From positions 110,298,001 through 110,362,000 of the forward strand of contig OX597822.1 of assembly GCA_951406725.2 (NCBI GenBank): a stretch of DNA of 64,000 bases. The letters run 5' to 3'. The stretch comes from Octopus vulgaris (lineage: Eukaryota). Below are positions 23,131-35,576 of the stretch, one piece after another; the first letter of the stretch is position 1, and each line of letters opens with the position of its first letter. The position numbers and the translations under genes were made by a program. Below the pieces are notes generated by a model, which worked only from the letters and a program-made list of their open reading frames with translations, did not search any database and had not been told where the DNA came from.

Positions 23131-25197
23131 TATATAATAAATGAGTATACAATTCCATGTGATGGACATTGCATATCAAACATAAACAATGACAGCGACA
23201 GTTTAAAATCAAATCTTTCATTAACGTAAATATGCTTCATTTCTTTCTAAACATATTCTCATTTTCAGATGTAACAGAATTGAAATTATGTTTTCAAAGA
23301 AGCAGAAATTCTTCATTTATATGCTCTGATTTATTCCATTCACACTTCATGTCAATGGACACAGTTGAAATTTCTCGTCCAAATACACGACTTCTCAAGT
23401 CTTTTCATTTAGAACCAACTAGAAGACATAAATAACACACAACACAATCATCCTTAAGCATATCACAATATAAATGCATATGAAGTAGACATTACAAATA
23501 CTATACATTAGCGTATGATTGACAATGCACCAATCCCCCAAAAAGTGTAGTGCAAGATTTTCAGCTATTTCATCCTTCAGGTAATAATTGCTTTGTCTCT
23601 AAATCATCCTTTCAAAATTCATTTCCGTTTATCATAATTAATTTCTACATTACATTTAACCATCCCTTATTCATTAACCCTTGCAAATGCAAAACAAATA
23701 CTTCTTCTACAAACAACTAGAAATACATAAGATGAATAACAACATCAATATGCAATCAATAATTCAATAGCAGAAGGACGAAGAACCTCAGCAAATATGC
23801 AGCTCTATGTCTACAGAGAATGATATAGTATCTAGCACAGAATATCAATAAATGCCACAAATATTTATTATATAAATATACACATCACTGTGAATGTTTA
23901 TTTACAAATATAATAATCATAAAATAAATACAGTTTACTTTTCGCTGAATCGAATTCCATCAATAGAAATGTAATTCAAGCCAAACTTAAAACAAATTAT
24001 TATTATTCAAAATATACAACAAAAAAAAAAGAAATAAAAAACAAACGATATATACAAATAAGGTAACCTATGTAATAAGTAAATCTTAATTTTCAGTGTA
24101 TCCAACCTCAGAGACACATTTTCTAAATATGTAAATATTCTTTTTTTTTTTTCCGTTTCAATCGTTACTTTCATATTTCCGACAATTTACAAAGTTTAAC
24201 ATTTAAATATACATATTCATCTTCTTATTTCTTATATCACAAAATTCGCTGCTGCTGCTGTTTTTCGCTAGATTTGTTCTTGCGGTTTGACTGATTATGC
24301 AACTAGCAACAAATACGAATACAAACAATAATCTCTTGAAAACAATTTACCAAACACGAGGAAAGAATATTATGACATTCGATGCCCATTCTTCACTAAT
24401 GCCAACATAATTCGTTTCTTTCTAATCCATTATCATTTTCACAATTCACTTACAAAATTCGCCTTATTATTTTTCATTGATTCACTATCACACATCAATA
24501 ACAAATAAACAGGACGATTCACCATACAAAACATGAATGATAAAATAAATAAAACATATGAACAACAATTTACTAAGCATGAATAACAAATATAGACAAA
24601 TTTCAAGATAATTCTTCCTTCAGATAAATATATTTTGTTTCTTTTCAGTTCATTACCATTTACTTCTATTTCTACATTAAAATTCCTTTGTTAATATTCA
24701 TTCACACTTAGAAATAATGAACAAATATTTGTTTGACTAGCGCGTCAAACAAACAATGCGTCTAATAATAATGCTGCAATCGTATTGATATGTCTATATA
24801 TAACCGAAACTCTCCATTTTATATCAGTCTCTATATCACAATATGTCTAAACTCACACCGTCTCGACAGACGCACTGTCTAGTATGGTTACCTGCGCTAA
24901 AGAAGTGAAATAAAAACAAAAGGACAAAAGGAAGAAAGAGAATTGCTTATTGTTTCACATTGATTATGAGTGTGAATTATGGAAGGATATACGTGTCTGC
25001 AGACTGGTTAGCCCCTACACACTAATTCAGTAGCAGCAGTAGCAGCAGTAGCAGGTATATACATATACATATATATAAATATATATATGTTTATACAGAC
25101 AAACACACGCGCGCGTATACATAGATATTTATATACATGCATACATATATTCACCTATCAAGCAATCAATCTTTATGTATGTATGTATGTATGTATG

Positions 25198-25233
<36 letters not shown>

Positions 25234-25241
25234 CATATGTA

Positions 25242-25550
25242 TATATTAGAAAAAATGAGATACTCAGAAATTCGGATGGTTTTATATTTACAGATATTTA
25301 TTTGTATATTACATGTTTTTATACATCATATAACTTATATAATATATCATATAATAGCGCTTTCGTCCATTCTGGTGGATTTTTCAAATGGATCAGTTCC
25401 ATTTGAAAAATCCACCCGAATGGACGAAAGCGCTTACATATATGATATATGATATAAGTTATATGATGTATAAAAATATGTAATATACAAATAAATATCT
25501 GTAAATATAAAGCCATCCGAATTTCTGAGTACCCCATTTCTTCTAATATA
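25242..25550. repeat. Long inverted repeat, about 150-bp arms, 5-nt loop, flanked by (TA)n
   Basis: Apex ...TTTTCAAATGGA tcagt TCCATTTGAAAA...; arms align throughout with few mismatches. Confidence 0.93.
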
Positions 25551-25609
25551 AAATACCTGTACATCATCTCCAAACCTTCTAATATATATATATATATATA
25601 TATTCTTTA

Positions 25610-25843
25610 TTTCTTTTATTCTTCTATTTTCCCAGTCATTTGACTGCAGCCATGCTGGAGCACCGCATTTTAGTCTAACAAATCGACCCCAGAACTTATT
25701 CTTTGTAAGCTTTTGCCGAACCTCTAGGTTACGGGGACATAAACTCGCCAACATCGGTCGTCAAGCGACGACGGGAGGACAAACGCATACACAAAGACGT
25801 AGGCACTTAAATATATATACATATACATACATACATACATACC

Positions 25844-25887
<44 letters not shown>

Positions 25888-26038
25888 TATAGCTTCTTTC
25901 AGTTTCTGTCTACCAAATCCACTCACAATGCTTTGATCGGTCTGAGGTTATAGTAGAAGTCGCCTGCTCAAGGTGCCACGCAGTGGGACTGAACCCAGAA
26001 CCATGTGGTTGGGAAGCAAGCTTCTTATCACACAGCCA
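25610..26038 (-). mobile_element. SINE family A with expanded internal microsatellite
   Basis: Reverse complement of the 17045 copy. Confidence 0.85.
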
Positions 26039-26079
26039 TATATATATGTTTATGTAGCAGTTATATCCTTATAATGACG

Positions 26080-26164
26080 TGCAGAAAACCAACTTCAGAG
26101 CATTTCCCTCTTGTTGGTTTTCTGCAGTATGGCTTGACTGTAGGTCTTTGCAAACAAGCCATAC
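26080..26164. other. Two abutting stem-loops (14-bp and 10-bp perfect stems)
   Basis: TGCAGAAAACCAAC/GTTGGTTTTCTGCA and GTATGGCTTG/CAAGCCATAC. Confidence 0.7.
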
Positions 26165-27062
26165 TTTTGTCGCAGAACAACTAGAACCGTCAACGAAAAG
26201 AAACAACGGGGACGAGCAAACACCACTACCAACTTTGAAGTAAGTATGCCAGAAGCCATTTAGAACTCTGCACGAAACGAACTTACAGAGGCATAATCGA
26301 GATTAATTCTTTACCAAACGAAATAAGCTCTGTTTCCACTTTGTCAGTAATCATTTTGCAGATTTCACTTCATTTTTCAAATTTCACTTTAACGCAACAC
26401 TGCTTATTTCACATTGAAACGCAACGGAACACAATTAATATTTCTCATAAAAATGAGTAACGAACCAACATTTAGTTATAACACCATTGTAGAAGAACTT
26501 TTATATCACCAATAGTTATGAAATATAGAGTTTTGAAAAATGTGTTTTGATCAAGTACAAGGTACCAACCGCATAGAGGCAGTTGTATAAGTAAAAATTT
26601 ACAACTGCAAACAGTAAAAAAAAATATGTTAAACTATAATTTACTGAAAGCAGCGATTATAACGACAAGTTGATATGTTACTCGAGAAATACTATTAATA
26701 ATAGTAAAGAAACAATCGGTGATTAGAAAATATTAAAGTAGAATTACGGGGTTTAAGTACAATAAAAATGAAGTATCAAAATAAAATAATACAGATACAC
26801 ATTTGACGGTTCAAATTACTGCAAACAAAATACGTCAGAAATGCAGTAGAATTTACTGAAATATATTTCAAAAGCATACTACAACCATACATAAAGAAAC
26901 AAAAGTGCAAACCACGATAAATGTATATGTTATAGCCCTGAAAAATGACTATAAGATCACGTCACAAAGATACCGAAAAGTCCAACTAAAAGTCGTACCA
27001 ATGGAGAAGGAATTATACGAAACACAAGTGAAAACACGAGACAAAAATAATGTCTTCATATG

Positions 27063-28150
27063 TGATCAACTGGTATAATTTTTCCCGACCTCAAAAGACG
27101 ACAGGTAAAGTAGACCTCAGCGGAATTTGAAAGCAGAATGTAAAGTGCTAAGAATTTTATTCAACGCGCGAATGATATTGTTGCTTGCTGCCTTGAAATC
27201 TTTATATATAAAAGTCAAGTTATGTGTCTGTCTCCTACGATTTAGATTCCTAACTACTCCCACATTTTGCGGTGCAGTGTAACCAAAAACGGGTATCTTA
27301 TAGTCGTGATTCATATCGAGCCCTTCTGGGTATTAGCGCGCGTCTACGATGAGTCTACGATTTTAAAAATAATTTACCATCATTTTGTTCCATTTTAATG
27401 CATTTTTTCGCTATTATATAAGGGAAGTAACTATCTAAAAATGTCTACGATGTGTCAACGATTCAATAAAAAAAATTACCATAATTTTTTTTTCCATTTT
27501 TAATGCATTTATTTGCTATTCTTTTGCTATAACTCTCTAAAATGCTTATATAGTTATTTCCCCTATAAACCCGAGCAACGCCGGGCGATACTGCTAGTAT
27601 GAAATAATATAGTATCATAATGCTATAAATAATATGGAAAAACAGAGAAAAATGGAACGCTCACAAATCTATAAGGCAAACAACTAATGAATCAGAGTGG
27701 AATACTACGCAAGAAGGATTACAAAACATTGACAGAGCTTTATAAATATTTTTCAGAAAATAAAGTCAACAATGCATTACCGTAAATTAAAATTTTAAAA
27801 CAAGATCCCCAAATGAAATGCGACAAACAGAAACCTATAAAATTGTCATCCAATAACAGATTCCCAAAAGAGAAGAACCATATTTCTAACAAAGGAAGAT
27901 ATGCGCACCATACGGTAATAGTACAATATGAAGGCAAGACAAAAGTTAACCATCATCAGAGAAATAAATTCAGAATAAAGAAAGAAACAAACGATACACT
28001 CTCAAAGTATGAAACGGAATGGAATAAGATAATGTCATACACCTTAGTGCTAAGAAATCACAAAACATCACAATAAAGTACACAAACCATTCTAAACCTA
28101 ATACAATAACAAAACAGAAGTAAAACAGGAGATGCACTAGACAGACAAAG
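27063..28150. repeat. Segmental duplication copy 2, interrupted by a Helitron
   Basis: Colinear with 5975-6700. Confidence 0.9.
27199..27597 (+). mobile_element. Non-autonomous Helitron
   Basis: 5' TC, 3' hairpin CCCGAGCAACGCCGGG then CTAG, inserted between A and T without TSD; empty site at 6122/6123. Confidence 0.92.
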
Positions 28151-28181
28151 CAAACTTTGATTCAAGTATGCCATGGAATAT

Positions 28182-28182
<1 letters not shown>

Positions 28183-28264
<82 letters not shown>

Positions 28265-28268
28265 CAAT
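28183..28268. repeat. (AAT)n microsatellite
   Basis: Direct. Confidence 0.95.
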
Positions 28269-28669
28269 ATCATTCTTAAAAAAAGAATGACAATAGCAAC
28301 TTAACAGTATTTACAAATCAACTATGCAAAAACACTCAACGGAATGCATGCAAAAGTAAAAGGCACAAAATTAGCTTCAACGTTAATGGAACACAAATTT
28401 TAATGACTCTGGTTCACAAAACAAACACACGACTTGCATTAAAGAATGACAATTGAACAAAAGCAAATCGGAATGTCTTTAAAGACAACATTCCTGAAGG
28501 TGGACGACATTAATACTAAAGAATATCCCACCCACACACCAACATCCATGCACTATAATCGTATTGAAAATTTCAGTGTCGTGAATTCTACTTATCTTTA
28601 TGAAAATCTGTCAATGCAGTTGGCGTCGTCGTTTCAATTCTTTCAGACACCACTGCTCAATAACTTATA

Positions 28670-28909
28670 ACACAAACGATTTAAGTCGATTATATCGACC
28701 CCAGTGCGTAACTGGTACTTATTTAATCGTACTTACTTATTTAATGGTACTTACTTAATTTCCCCTTGTGGGTAGTAAAGAAATAGGTACTTATTTAATC
28801 GACCCCGAAAGTCGACCTCGGCGGAATTTGAACTTAGAACGTAGCGGCAGGCGAAATACTGCTAAGCATTTCGCCCGGCGTGCTAACGATTCTGCCAGCT
28901 CACTGCCTT
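28670..28909 (-). mobile_element. Rearranged SINE family C copy with short internal inversion
   Basis: Minus-strand head and centre, with tail piece CCCCTTGTGGGTAGTAAAGAAATA in the opposite orientation. Confidence 0.75.
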
Positions 28910-29249
28910 TGTGCAAAGAAATACCGGTGAGAAAAGGATAATGAAGATTCTATTGGTGTCATACAGTGAATTTTGCAACATAGGATACTGCGTTTGCTTT
29001 GTGAAGCAGTATGTATATCTTAACCACACTCACATATATCATTCAAGACAACTACAAACAGCATGCACACAATATCTGCATTCATTATTTTTCTCAAGAC
29101 ACCATTAAATTCTGTTAGCTATGTTTGTCCAGTCCAGAGTGGTTTATGTTATCGAATCTTTTTTACTGCTCTTCTCCAAGATTTATGTATATCAGTATCA
29201 TATCCGCAGCAATGGAGAACGGAATTTATTCGATGTCCAGGAAGTTACA

Positions 29250-29440
29250 TGCAATCAAATTCATACTAGCCCTACGTTCTACCGCCAAGGTGAGCCAACT
29301 TACATTCGGAATCGATGGATCAGGTTTCGGGAAAGTAGTGAATATGTACTGCACATGACTTCCTCTACAAATAGAGACATCATTCAATAAGGGAAGTGGC
29401 AACTTTCACTATTTCTTGCTGTGGATTATCATCAAACATT
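29250..29440 (+). pseudogene. Possible decayed Gypsy gag N-terminus
   Basis: PTFYRQGEPTYIRNRWIRFRESSEY resembles the P.F...GEP...RW..W...F motif of Ty3/Gypsy gag. Confidence 0.3.
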
Positions 29441-29929
29441 CTCATTTAAAACTGCAAATGGATCTTACAAATAACTTTATTATTTACTCAATCATGGAAC
29501 AACATAACACATATCAATTTCACTCTGATCATTCCTTCATTTTTGAGAAACTGGAAAGCGCTAATATATTCGATTGAGGACATTTCTTCGCTTATGGAAT
29601 CCTTACTCAATATCATGATACACAGGGTTCGCTTTTCTAGAAACAGTGATGAGAGACTCTGTTTATATTCTCTAAATTAAATGTTTTCGAGTGATCCCAA
29701 TTGCTTTGGTTTTTGTATTTTTAAAAATGTTAACGTAAGTACATCCACTCAAGGAGAAGCTACATTTAGCCACCTTCGTTAGGCATTCTCAACAGCACGT
29801 TTTTTCAGTTGCAGTTCAAGACGGAGATGTGGTATGAAAACTCATACTACATACCTATTACACAACGTCAGTTGACAAAAATTCTTTGTATACTCTCTCT
29901 TTTTTCTTTTCTTTCTCGGTACACACGCA

Positions 29930-30280
29930 CTGATCAGGAGCAGAAGTAGTGGGGGAGCATCATAACCATTTGTTGAGAGGGATTCTTTGGGGTTTGAATA
30001 ATTCACCTCTGGAAACATGGGTTGTTCTTTAACTCTTCTTCAGGGACCTTTTGAGAGGGATGGGTTGCTCGACCAGAAGAAAATGCTAACTGGGACCCAC
30101 CCACAAGGTCATGTGCTGTTTATCTTGATAAAAGATCACCATGTCGCACACATGTGGTTGGGATGCATGTGGCTGGTGTACCCTTATCAGACGGGTAGTC
30201 ATGATGGGTATACTGGGCTTCGTATATTTTACGCCAGTGTCACTTTGATGGCATGTACTGCTCTCTCACTCAATAATAAT
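29930..30280 (+). mobile_element. Family D element ending in (AAT)n
   Basis: Reverse complement of 17894-18220. Confidence 0.85.
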
Positions 30281-30281
30281 A

Positions 30282-30437
<156 letters not shown>

Positions 30438-30727
30438 AAATATCAGCGATATCTCAATATGTTTATTTCCTGAGATTTTTCAATAGATCTTACATCACAT
30501 CACTCTTTTGCTTCATGTACGAGTCACGTCGTCGGAAAATAACTCTTATGTCTTATGTCACAACTGGGAGTAATATCTTGGTGGTGTTTACGTGTAATGA
30601 TGCTTTTCATTTTGGAGCAGCAGCCATATGTTAACTTAACTGAGGCAAATTATCATATATCATATAACTGCTGCCCCAAACCGTAAAACATCATTACACG
30701 AAAATACCCGAAAAACCTACTCCCATT

Positions 30728-31500
30728 TGTAACTGTCGAAACCCAGGAACCTGTCCACTTGATCGGGGATGCATGGCTAAATTCGTCATACACGATACAG
30801 ACGTTATACCAACGCTAGATAATAACATAACTGTAAAGAAGAGCTACATCGAGCTATGTGAAGGCGACTTAAAAAATCGCTATGCTAACCACTTAAGTAT
30901 GTCCACTAGTTGGCTAGGTACGTATGTGGTTTGAAATCTAAAGCCATCCAATATACAATAAATGGAAACTACTTTGAAACTACCATGTCATATGTCAACG
31001 ATGAAAAAAAATAAGCTATGCGCAGCTGAAAGAACACAAATCCTATTCAGATCTAGGAATTCTACCAAACTGTTGAATTCCATATCTGAAATTTTCTGTT
31101 GTTGTAAACATATAGATAAACTCATGTTGGCAAATCGGAAAATACCACCATCTCCAGGTTTAGCAGCAGTACCGCAAACTCTAGACCACAACCCTTTCAG
31201 TGGCATGACTTTATGGTCAAAGGGGGCATAACTCTATTTTTCCCCTCTTGCATTTTTATGTTTTCTTTTTCTTTTTCTTTTTCTTTTTCATCCTTCCACC
31301 TTCGCTTTTTCTTTCATCCTATGGACCTGTTTTTAGCTTGTTATGCCATGCGTGAAGGCACCAGGCGTGGTAACAGATGCTGTCTGTGCAGTTTTCATTG
31401 CATGAAATTTAATAGTAGCTCATTAAAGTAGATATTGTGTTTATTAAATAATATTTATCTCTCGCCAGATGGAGTACTTTTCTTGCTGATCTTACCATCA
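30728..31500 (+). mobile_element. Penelope-like element 3' remnant (Neptune-type Cys linker, GIY-YIG, 3'UTR)
   Basis: CNCRNPGTCPLDRGCMAKFVIH, KSYIELCEGDLKNRYANH, KLCAAERTQI, LLNSISEIFCCCKH; eroded hammerhead-like CTG...GAAA..TA near 31385-31415. Confidence 0.8.
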
Positions 31501-31539
31501 TGGAGCAGTACACTATATACAAGCGCCAGAGGACCTAGG

Positions 31540-31770
31540 CTGTATACGAGCTTTTATATGGCAAATGTGGCACAAAACACATAGGAAGCACAACAAGAAA
31601 ACTGCATATACGCATAAAGGAACATATCTAAGCAGACACTTCCATGAAGAAACATCCTCGGAAACGCCAGACCCAGGAATTCACAATGCACATCAGGGCA
31701 ACACAGCGGAACAAGTGCAACCTTAGAATCCCTGAGCCCATCCTCATACACCAAAGAAAACCAAATAACA
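31540..31770 (+). pseudogene. Second PLE GIY-YIG endonuclease fragment
   Basis: KCGTKHIGSTTRKLHIRIKEH and LRIPEPILIHQRKP motifs. Confidence 0.65.
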
Positions 31771-32559
31771 ACAACAGAAGAGAGTTACAGGAAGCTAGCT
31801 AGTTGCTATAGCAACACCTTTCCGCGCAAGTCCACTCCACACACGCACATCGGCAACATTTTTGAAAATGGGGCTATGACCAAGAAATATTGAATGCAAG
31901 AAATAGCAACTGTCTTTCGACTGAGAAACGAAGTAAATTGAGCTGGCGAACATATGTATATACAGAAATTTTGTGTATATTTCGGTATACCACGAAAGAT
32001 TTAGGTTTTGAATTATTCAGCCAGAAAAAGGGATATGTTTCAGTTCATGTATCTAAAGGTGAAAATAAATTCACCTTTCTCAATTAATAACCTAGTCTTA
32101 TTTGGTTTGTTTTGTGTCAGTCCATCCTCCAACCGTCTTTACGTGCTACATTCCTCTGTATGTAGCCACAGGCTGAGTTTGATTTCTGATAATTTTCCAA
32201 CAGTATTTAGTAATATCAGCCATATTATACTGAAGTTTTAAACAAGCACTCGTAAGGGAATTCAAAAGTAATATAAAATTGACATTAACTAAATAACTAA
32301 TGTGAGTAAACACTTTTAATAATAGACACGAAATAATGCCTTCTGAATTACGCCGAAATAGAACAAAGAGTTGATGAAATGTCTGAAACATACATATGGT
32401 ATTTCATAGGTTTGTGTACAGCGACAATAGTGTCTTGATGAAATAGGAAACTCAATTGTTTGTATCGATCTATCGATTAATTGATTGCATTTGTCTATTT
32501 TTGGAAGTGACCATAGATATCGCATATTCAGCCGTTGTATAGATATAAGTGGTCCGAAC

Positions 32560-33232
32560 CATTGAAGCAAGTAGGATATGAAATTTATTCGGTATCTTTC
32601 GCCCTGAGATCAAATCTTGCCGATGTGAACTTTGCTTTTATCCACTCAAGATGAACAGCAGAAAGGTTAAAGCATGGTGTAGAATACCTTGTGGTATTTG
32701 CTCATACTCTCTGCGTTCCAAGTTCAAATCCTGCCATGGCCCACTTGACTCGTAGACATAGCCCGTTACCAAGTTTAGATCCTCATCTGATACATCAGCT
32801 GTCTTTAACGGAGTCTGCAGTGTTTCATTAATTTGAAAGACAAGTCTCTGCTTTGCGGATAACTTCTACCAGTTTTGGAACCCCAGAAAGGGGTAATCAG
32901 CCCCTCCCCTCCCTCTGGATCAAAAATTGAATAGTTATTAGTAATGAACAAATAGTTGATATGAATGAGTTTCACGAGGCTTGCATGGCATATTTACGAG
33001 TATAACAATTAATTAAGATAAATGTGTGGTATATTCATGAGTATAACAATTTAACCTTTGAAGCAGATAGGATATGAAATTAATTCGGTATCTGTTACCC
33101 TGAGATCAAATCTTGTCGTTGTGAACTTTGCTTTCATCCCCTCAAGGTGGACAGCAGAAAGGTTAACGCATGTGGTGAAATACCTTGTAGTATTTTCTTT
33201 TACTCTCTGCGTTGTGACTTCAAATCCTGCCG
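32560..33232 (+). repeat. Two copies of a decayed dimeric SINE-C-like segment (about 32560-32735 and 33058-33232)
   Basis: TAGGATATGAAATT..TTCGGTATCT...CCCTGAGATCAAATCTTG shared by both. Confidence 0.7.
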
Positions 33233-33344
33233 TGTGTATAACAATTTACTAAGATACAAATATATTATTGTATAACTACGTACCTTTGACTACAATAGAG
33301 TGAATCAATAACTGAAACAACTATCTAAAACTAACTTCTATAAA

Positions 33345-33515
33345 TAGGTATCCCTTTTTTGTAGTAGATGTATTTCCGTAGTCTGTACCCATCCTCAGTA
33401 GTAGATGTATACCGTGACTTCTACTGGTCCCCTGTAGTGGATGTATATCCACGGTTCCTACAGTCCCTCAATGGCAGATGTATTCGTATAATTCCTACCA
33501 ATCCTCTGCAGTAGC
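33345..33515. repeat. Degenerate minisatellite, about 36-bp unit
   Basis: Recurring GTAGTAGATGTAT...CC. Confidence 0.65.
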
Positions 33516-34199
33516 TAATTGCATGTACATAATTTAATTAGTGTATTTATTTCTCAAATAGCCGCGTGTTAATTACATCCTTAATGAAGGTAATTTATTT
33601 CTTCATTGGATAATCCCGATTAGAGATATTTTTGTGCGGTATATTTTCTTACTTCTTAGTGTAGCGAGGCTCTGGCTGTGTTGTGAACCATAGCTCTTCG
33701 ATCTTTTACAGCTCAGAACCACAACCTAATGTATCACCATTAAAGCGAAAGGTGTAACAAAAACAAAAAAAAGGCACTAATGCCTATGTTAATATCGCTC
33801 AACGAATTATTGTTACGATAGTCAGTTTCATGTAATACAATGAATACTCCTACCTACATTACATATCCACCCGCTATATAGTACACATATACTATTTCTC
33901 ATAAGAGCTGTTTATCATTTCAATCATTATTCATATAATTTTCCCTTCTGTATTTATCTATAGAATCATATCGAAACCATACGCACGTTCCCTACTTGCT
34001 ATATACTAATTATTCAGTAACTTATAATGTTTACGTAATGTATAACTATGTGACAACGTCTCTACATATGACGTCATCTATAGAGATGACTATCTTTCAT
34101 GACGGTTCTCAGTACTATATTAGGTAGCACTATATTAGTTAGCATTTACTGTTGTTGTAATGTATCTTGTATGCCCCTTTCAGATATGGTATGGTTGTT

Positions 34200-34367
34200 G
34201 TAAGATGATTTTTCATTCTCTCTCTGTTTATTTATCTTATTCCTTTCTGTTGAAGTGCATAGACTCGAAACGTAAAGGACTTCTACATTTTCCCGAGCGT
34301 CAAACTGATACATTTGTTTGTTTTTCATACAGCTGTCTTAGTCTTTTGTTTCTCTATAAATTTCAGG

Positions 34368-34404
<37 letters not shown>

Positions 34405-34511
34405 CGCCAAGTTGAATCGCTAGCTTCTGCACGCATTTTTCTTCTCTCCTTGTTTCTCTCCGTGTTTCTTTTCTGTGTATATTTCTGTTGAAGAGCGTAG
34501 GCTCGAAACGT
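34200..34511 (+). mobile_element. Tandem pair of hammerhead-like repeats with CUGUUGA core
   Basis: CTGTTGA AGTGCATAGACTC GAAACGTA at 34247 and CTGTTGA AGAGCGTAGGCTC GAAACGT at 34485. Confidence 0.65.
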
Positions 34512-34544
34512 CCAGTATTTTGGGTCCGGTATTTTGACATATGT

Positions 34545-34819
34545 ATGCGCATATTTGACGATTTGAAGGAAGCTTTTCGCATGGATGGCGCCCAGATCGA
34601 CAGAGCAATGCTGGAGAGCGTGGAGGCCGACTTCCAAGAACGTCTTCACAAATGCATCAATGAGAACGGACACCACATGGTGGATGTTGTTTTCCACGGT
34701 TGATTTTGACAATGCTGATTCAATACGAACATATTGATAGCAATAAAAATTGTTTGCACAGAATATTAATGATTTTGTGAATTTTTTCAAAAAACATCCG
34801 TTCTCTCTGCTCCACCTTA
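34545..34819 (+). mobile_element. Tc1/mariner transposase C-terminus and right end
   Basis: DDLKEA...MLESVEADFQERLHKCINENGHH..DVVF; terminus-like ...CTCCACCTTATA. Confidence 0.7.
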
Positions 34820-35308
34820 TATCTCAAAACGTGTACAGAAGAGTATGTGAATTTGGCCTTAAGGAAAGATATCATCATGATAATGGGTGTGGCATTAAAA
34901 TAAGATGTTTTTCAGCACTGGTTTTTCTTCCTCTTGATGATGTGGTTGACGGATACGAAGATCTTGTAGATGACGACGATCTTCCACAAGAACTTGTGTC
35001 CTACTTTGAATTATCGTACATAGGATCTGTGCGAGGTAGAGGAATTAGACAACGAAGACCTTTCCCTTTGTTTCCCATTGATAGTTGGAATGTCCACTTT
35101 AGAACAGAATCGGGTATACATCTCACTAATAACCATTTAGAGGGATATCACAACGCACTACAATGTTCTGTAACTTACACACATCCGAATATATGGAAAC
35201 TAATTACAGCATTGCAAGCGTTTAATTTTTTTTTACCAATATAGGTACTGAAATTACCAGGACTGAAATTGACTGCTAGTGAAATTATGGGAGTCAAATT
35301 ACCGGTCA

Positions 35309-35310
<2 letters not shown>
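34820..35310 (+). mobile_element. MULE transposase C-terminal fragment with terminal sequence
   Basis: SQNVYRR..GLKERY, ALVFLP, SYFELSYIG, FPIDSWNV, TNNHLEGYH, HPNIWKLI; sub-terminal GAAATT repeats ending GGTCACC. Confidence 0.85.
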
Positions 35311-35361
<51 letters not shown>

Positions 35362-35381
35362 TATATATATATATATATATA

Positions 35382-35513
35382 CTTTATTTAAAGCAGCAGA
35401 AAATTCAACAAAATTGTGGAATTTTCTGCTGCTTTAAATAAAGCATATTACTCTACCACTGGTATTTGAGTACTCTTTTTATCCACCTTGTTTCACATTT
35501 ATGTATTTACTCC

Positions 35514-35516
<3 letters not shown>
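35382..35516 (+). mobile_element. Short PLE-type insertion with a 30-bp fold-back at its left end, in (TA)n
   Basis: 35382-35411 is inverted relative to 35414-35443; body matches 15121-15222. Confidence 0.75.
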
Positions 35517-35576
<60 letters not shown>

